From positions 1-58,319 of the forward strand of contig JAZUOA010000168.1 of NCBI GenBank assembly GCA_045604445.1: a stretch of 58,319 nt of DNA. Reading direction: 5' to 3'. Made by a program: the position numbers and the translations under genes. The notes below the pieces were generated by a model that did no database searches, was not told the origin of the DNA, and saw only the letters and a program-made list of their open reading frames with translations. This DNA comes from Acutalibacteraceae bacterium (GTDB taxonomy: Bacteria; Bacillota; Clostridia; Oscillospirales; Acutalibacteraceae). How positions within the stretch are numbered: the first letter of the stretch is position 1; each line of letters starts with the position of its first letter. Positions 57,279 through 58,319 of the stretch are shown here, piece after piece.

Positions 57279-57349
57279 CACTTTTTTAAGTTTTTGCAAG
57301 ATTTTTAAGCAAATTTTAACAATTTAAGCATTTTAAGATTTCTATTCAC

Positions 57350-57378
57350 TTGACATAAATGCCTTATTATTGTAAAAT
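57350..57378 (+). promoter_or_regulatory. sigma-70-type promoter for the class I lysS gene
   Basis: TTGACA (57350-57355), 17 nt, TAAAAT (57373-57378). Confidence 0.5.
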
Positions 57379-57430
57379 AACAAACTGTTGTATTATGTAT
57401 TTTTATAAACTTTGAAATGAGAGTGATGTT

Positions 57431-58319
57431 ATGCATTGGTCCGAAATGATTGCAGACCGTATAATCAGGCGCAATCCCGATAAAGAGGAATATGTTTGTG
57501 CCGCAGGTATAAGCCCTTCAGGCTCTATCCATATCGGTAACTTCCGCGATATTGCAACAAGCTATTTTGTTGTTCGCGCCCTCATCAAAAAAGGCAAAAA
57601 AGCTAAGCTTCTTTTTTCTTGGGATGAATTTGACCGTATGAGAAAGGTGCCTGTTAACGTTGCAGCTATCGACAACGATATGGAAAAATATATCGGTTGC
57701 CCTTACGTTGACGTTAGAAATCCTTTTGACACAGAAGAAAAAACATACGCCGAATATTTCGAGCATGAATTTGAGCGCTCAATTGTAAAATTCGGCATTG
57801 ATATGGATTATCGCCATCAGGCAGAAATGTACAGAAGCGGTAAATACACGGAACATATTCTCCATTCCCTTAAAAAACGCGGTGAAATTTTTGATATTCT
57901 TGCTTCTCATCGTACTCAGCCTGTTCAGGAGGGTGAAAGAGAAAGCTACTATCCCGTTAGCATTTATTGCGAAAAATGCGGTAAGGATACAACCAAAATC
58001 CTTTCCTTGAGCGACGATTGCACCAAGGCAGAATACACTTGCGAATGCGGTCACAAGGGTAATTTTGATTTTACAACCGATTTCAACTGCAAGCTTGCAT
58101 GGAAAATCGACTGGCCTATGCGCTGGATGTATGAAGGCGTTGACTTTGAACCCGGCGGAAAAGACCACGCAAGCCCCCACGGCAGTTATGACACAAGCAA
58201 GGATATTGCTAAAAAGATTTTCGGCTATGAGCCTCCCCTTTTCCAAGGCTATGAATTCATAGGCATTAAAGGCACAACCGGCAAAATGTCCGGCTCATCG
58301 GGTCTTAACCTTACCCCCG
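57431..58319 (+). CDS. lysK: lysine--tRNA ligase, class I (archaeal/LysK type), 3' end outside window
   Basis: Not in the ORF track because it has no stop inside the window. Hand translation from ATG 57431 is open to the edge: MHWSEMIADRIIRRNPDKEEYVCAAGISPSGSIHIGNFRD (HIGH-type motif) ... GGKDHASPHGSYD ... GKMSGSSG (KMSKS-type motif). Confidence 0.85.
   Translation, partial: MHWSEMIADRIIRRNPDKEEYVCAAGISPSGSIHIGNFRDIATSYFVVRALIKKGKKAKLLFSWDEFDRMRKVPVNVAAIDNDMEKYIGCPYVDVRNPFDTEEKTYAEYFEHEFERSIVKFGIDMDYRHQAEMYRSGKYTEHILHSLKKRGEIFDILASHRTQPVQEGERESYYPVSIYCEKCGKDTTKILSLSDDCTKAEYTCECGHKGNFDFTTDFNCKLAWKIDWPMRWMYEGVDFEPGGKDHASPHGSYDTSKDIAKKIFGYEPPLFQGYEFIGIKGTTGKMSGSSGLNLTP

Noticed and set aside
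57194-57430. A T-box or other riboswitch leader upstream of the class I lysS gene.
   Set aside because: The best promoter leaves a leader of only about 45 nt. No T-box conserved sequence or terminator/antiterminator pair is visible.
57518-58246. Minus-strand ORFs 57518-57766 and 57779-58246 (82 and 155 aa).
   Set aside because: They are antisense to a clearly recognisable class I LysRS frame, have Cys/Phe-rich low-complexity composition and lack an RBS.
1-58319. A search for a defence island, prophage, integrative element or toxin-antitoxin module as the promised novel system.
   Set aside because: I recognised no integrase, transposase, recombinase, restriction-modification, helicase-nuclease, Cas, Abi or TA-like genes. 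RmuC is a lone housekeeping-type gene coupled to glpK. Gene content is otherwise core metabolism, so I do not claim such a system.

Overview
A 58.3-kb low-GC Firmicutes (Clostridia-type) chromosomal segment, mostly housekeeping and carbohydrate or nucleoside metabolism. An N-terminal dockerin protein suggests a Ruminococcus/Oscillospiraceae-like host; this is inference only. I call about 47 CDS. They include sdaAA (partial), two GPH sugar symporters, a BNR sialidase-like protein, GH2, GH38 and GH77 (malQ) enzymes, and mnmG. There is an nrdG-nrdD-trxB-like anaerobic RNR locus with NrdR boxes, and a YtrA/GntR-ABC module preceded by two paralogous Cys-motif surface proteins. Further genes are rmuC, glpK, comEB-like dCMP deaminase, fba, the UPF0237/UPF0210 pair, oadB/oadG-like genes beside bioY, an ectB-like aminotransferase, three ABC exporters, deoD-deoB-cdd-pdp and glyQS. 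A class I lysine-tRNA ligase runs off the 3' edge and is absent from the ORF track. I saw no rRNA, tRNA, CRISPR array, transposase, integrase or recognisable defence system. Two things look most unusual. First, NrdD is fused to a C-terminal CPKC thioredoxin-fold domain through a CxCxC linker, and the thioredoxin-reductase-like gene directly downstream lacks the HRRxxxR NADPH motif. Second, three intergenic elements at 47.5-53.5 kb have ends built from tandem GTKGCAA heptamers in inverted orientation. One of them carries a four-helix-bundle (23S-IVS/Avd-like) gene. The other two are ORF-less copies that bracket deoD-deoB-cdd. All functional calls rest on my reading of translated motifs, not on database searches.
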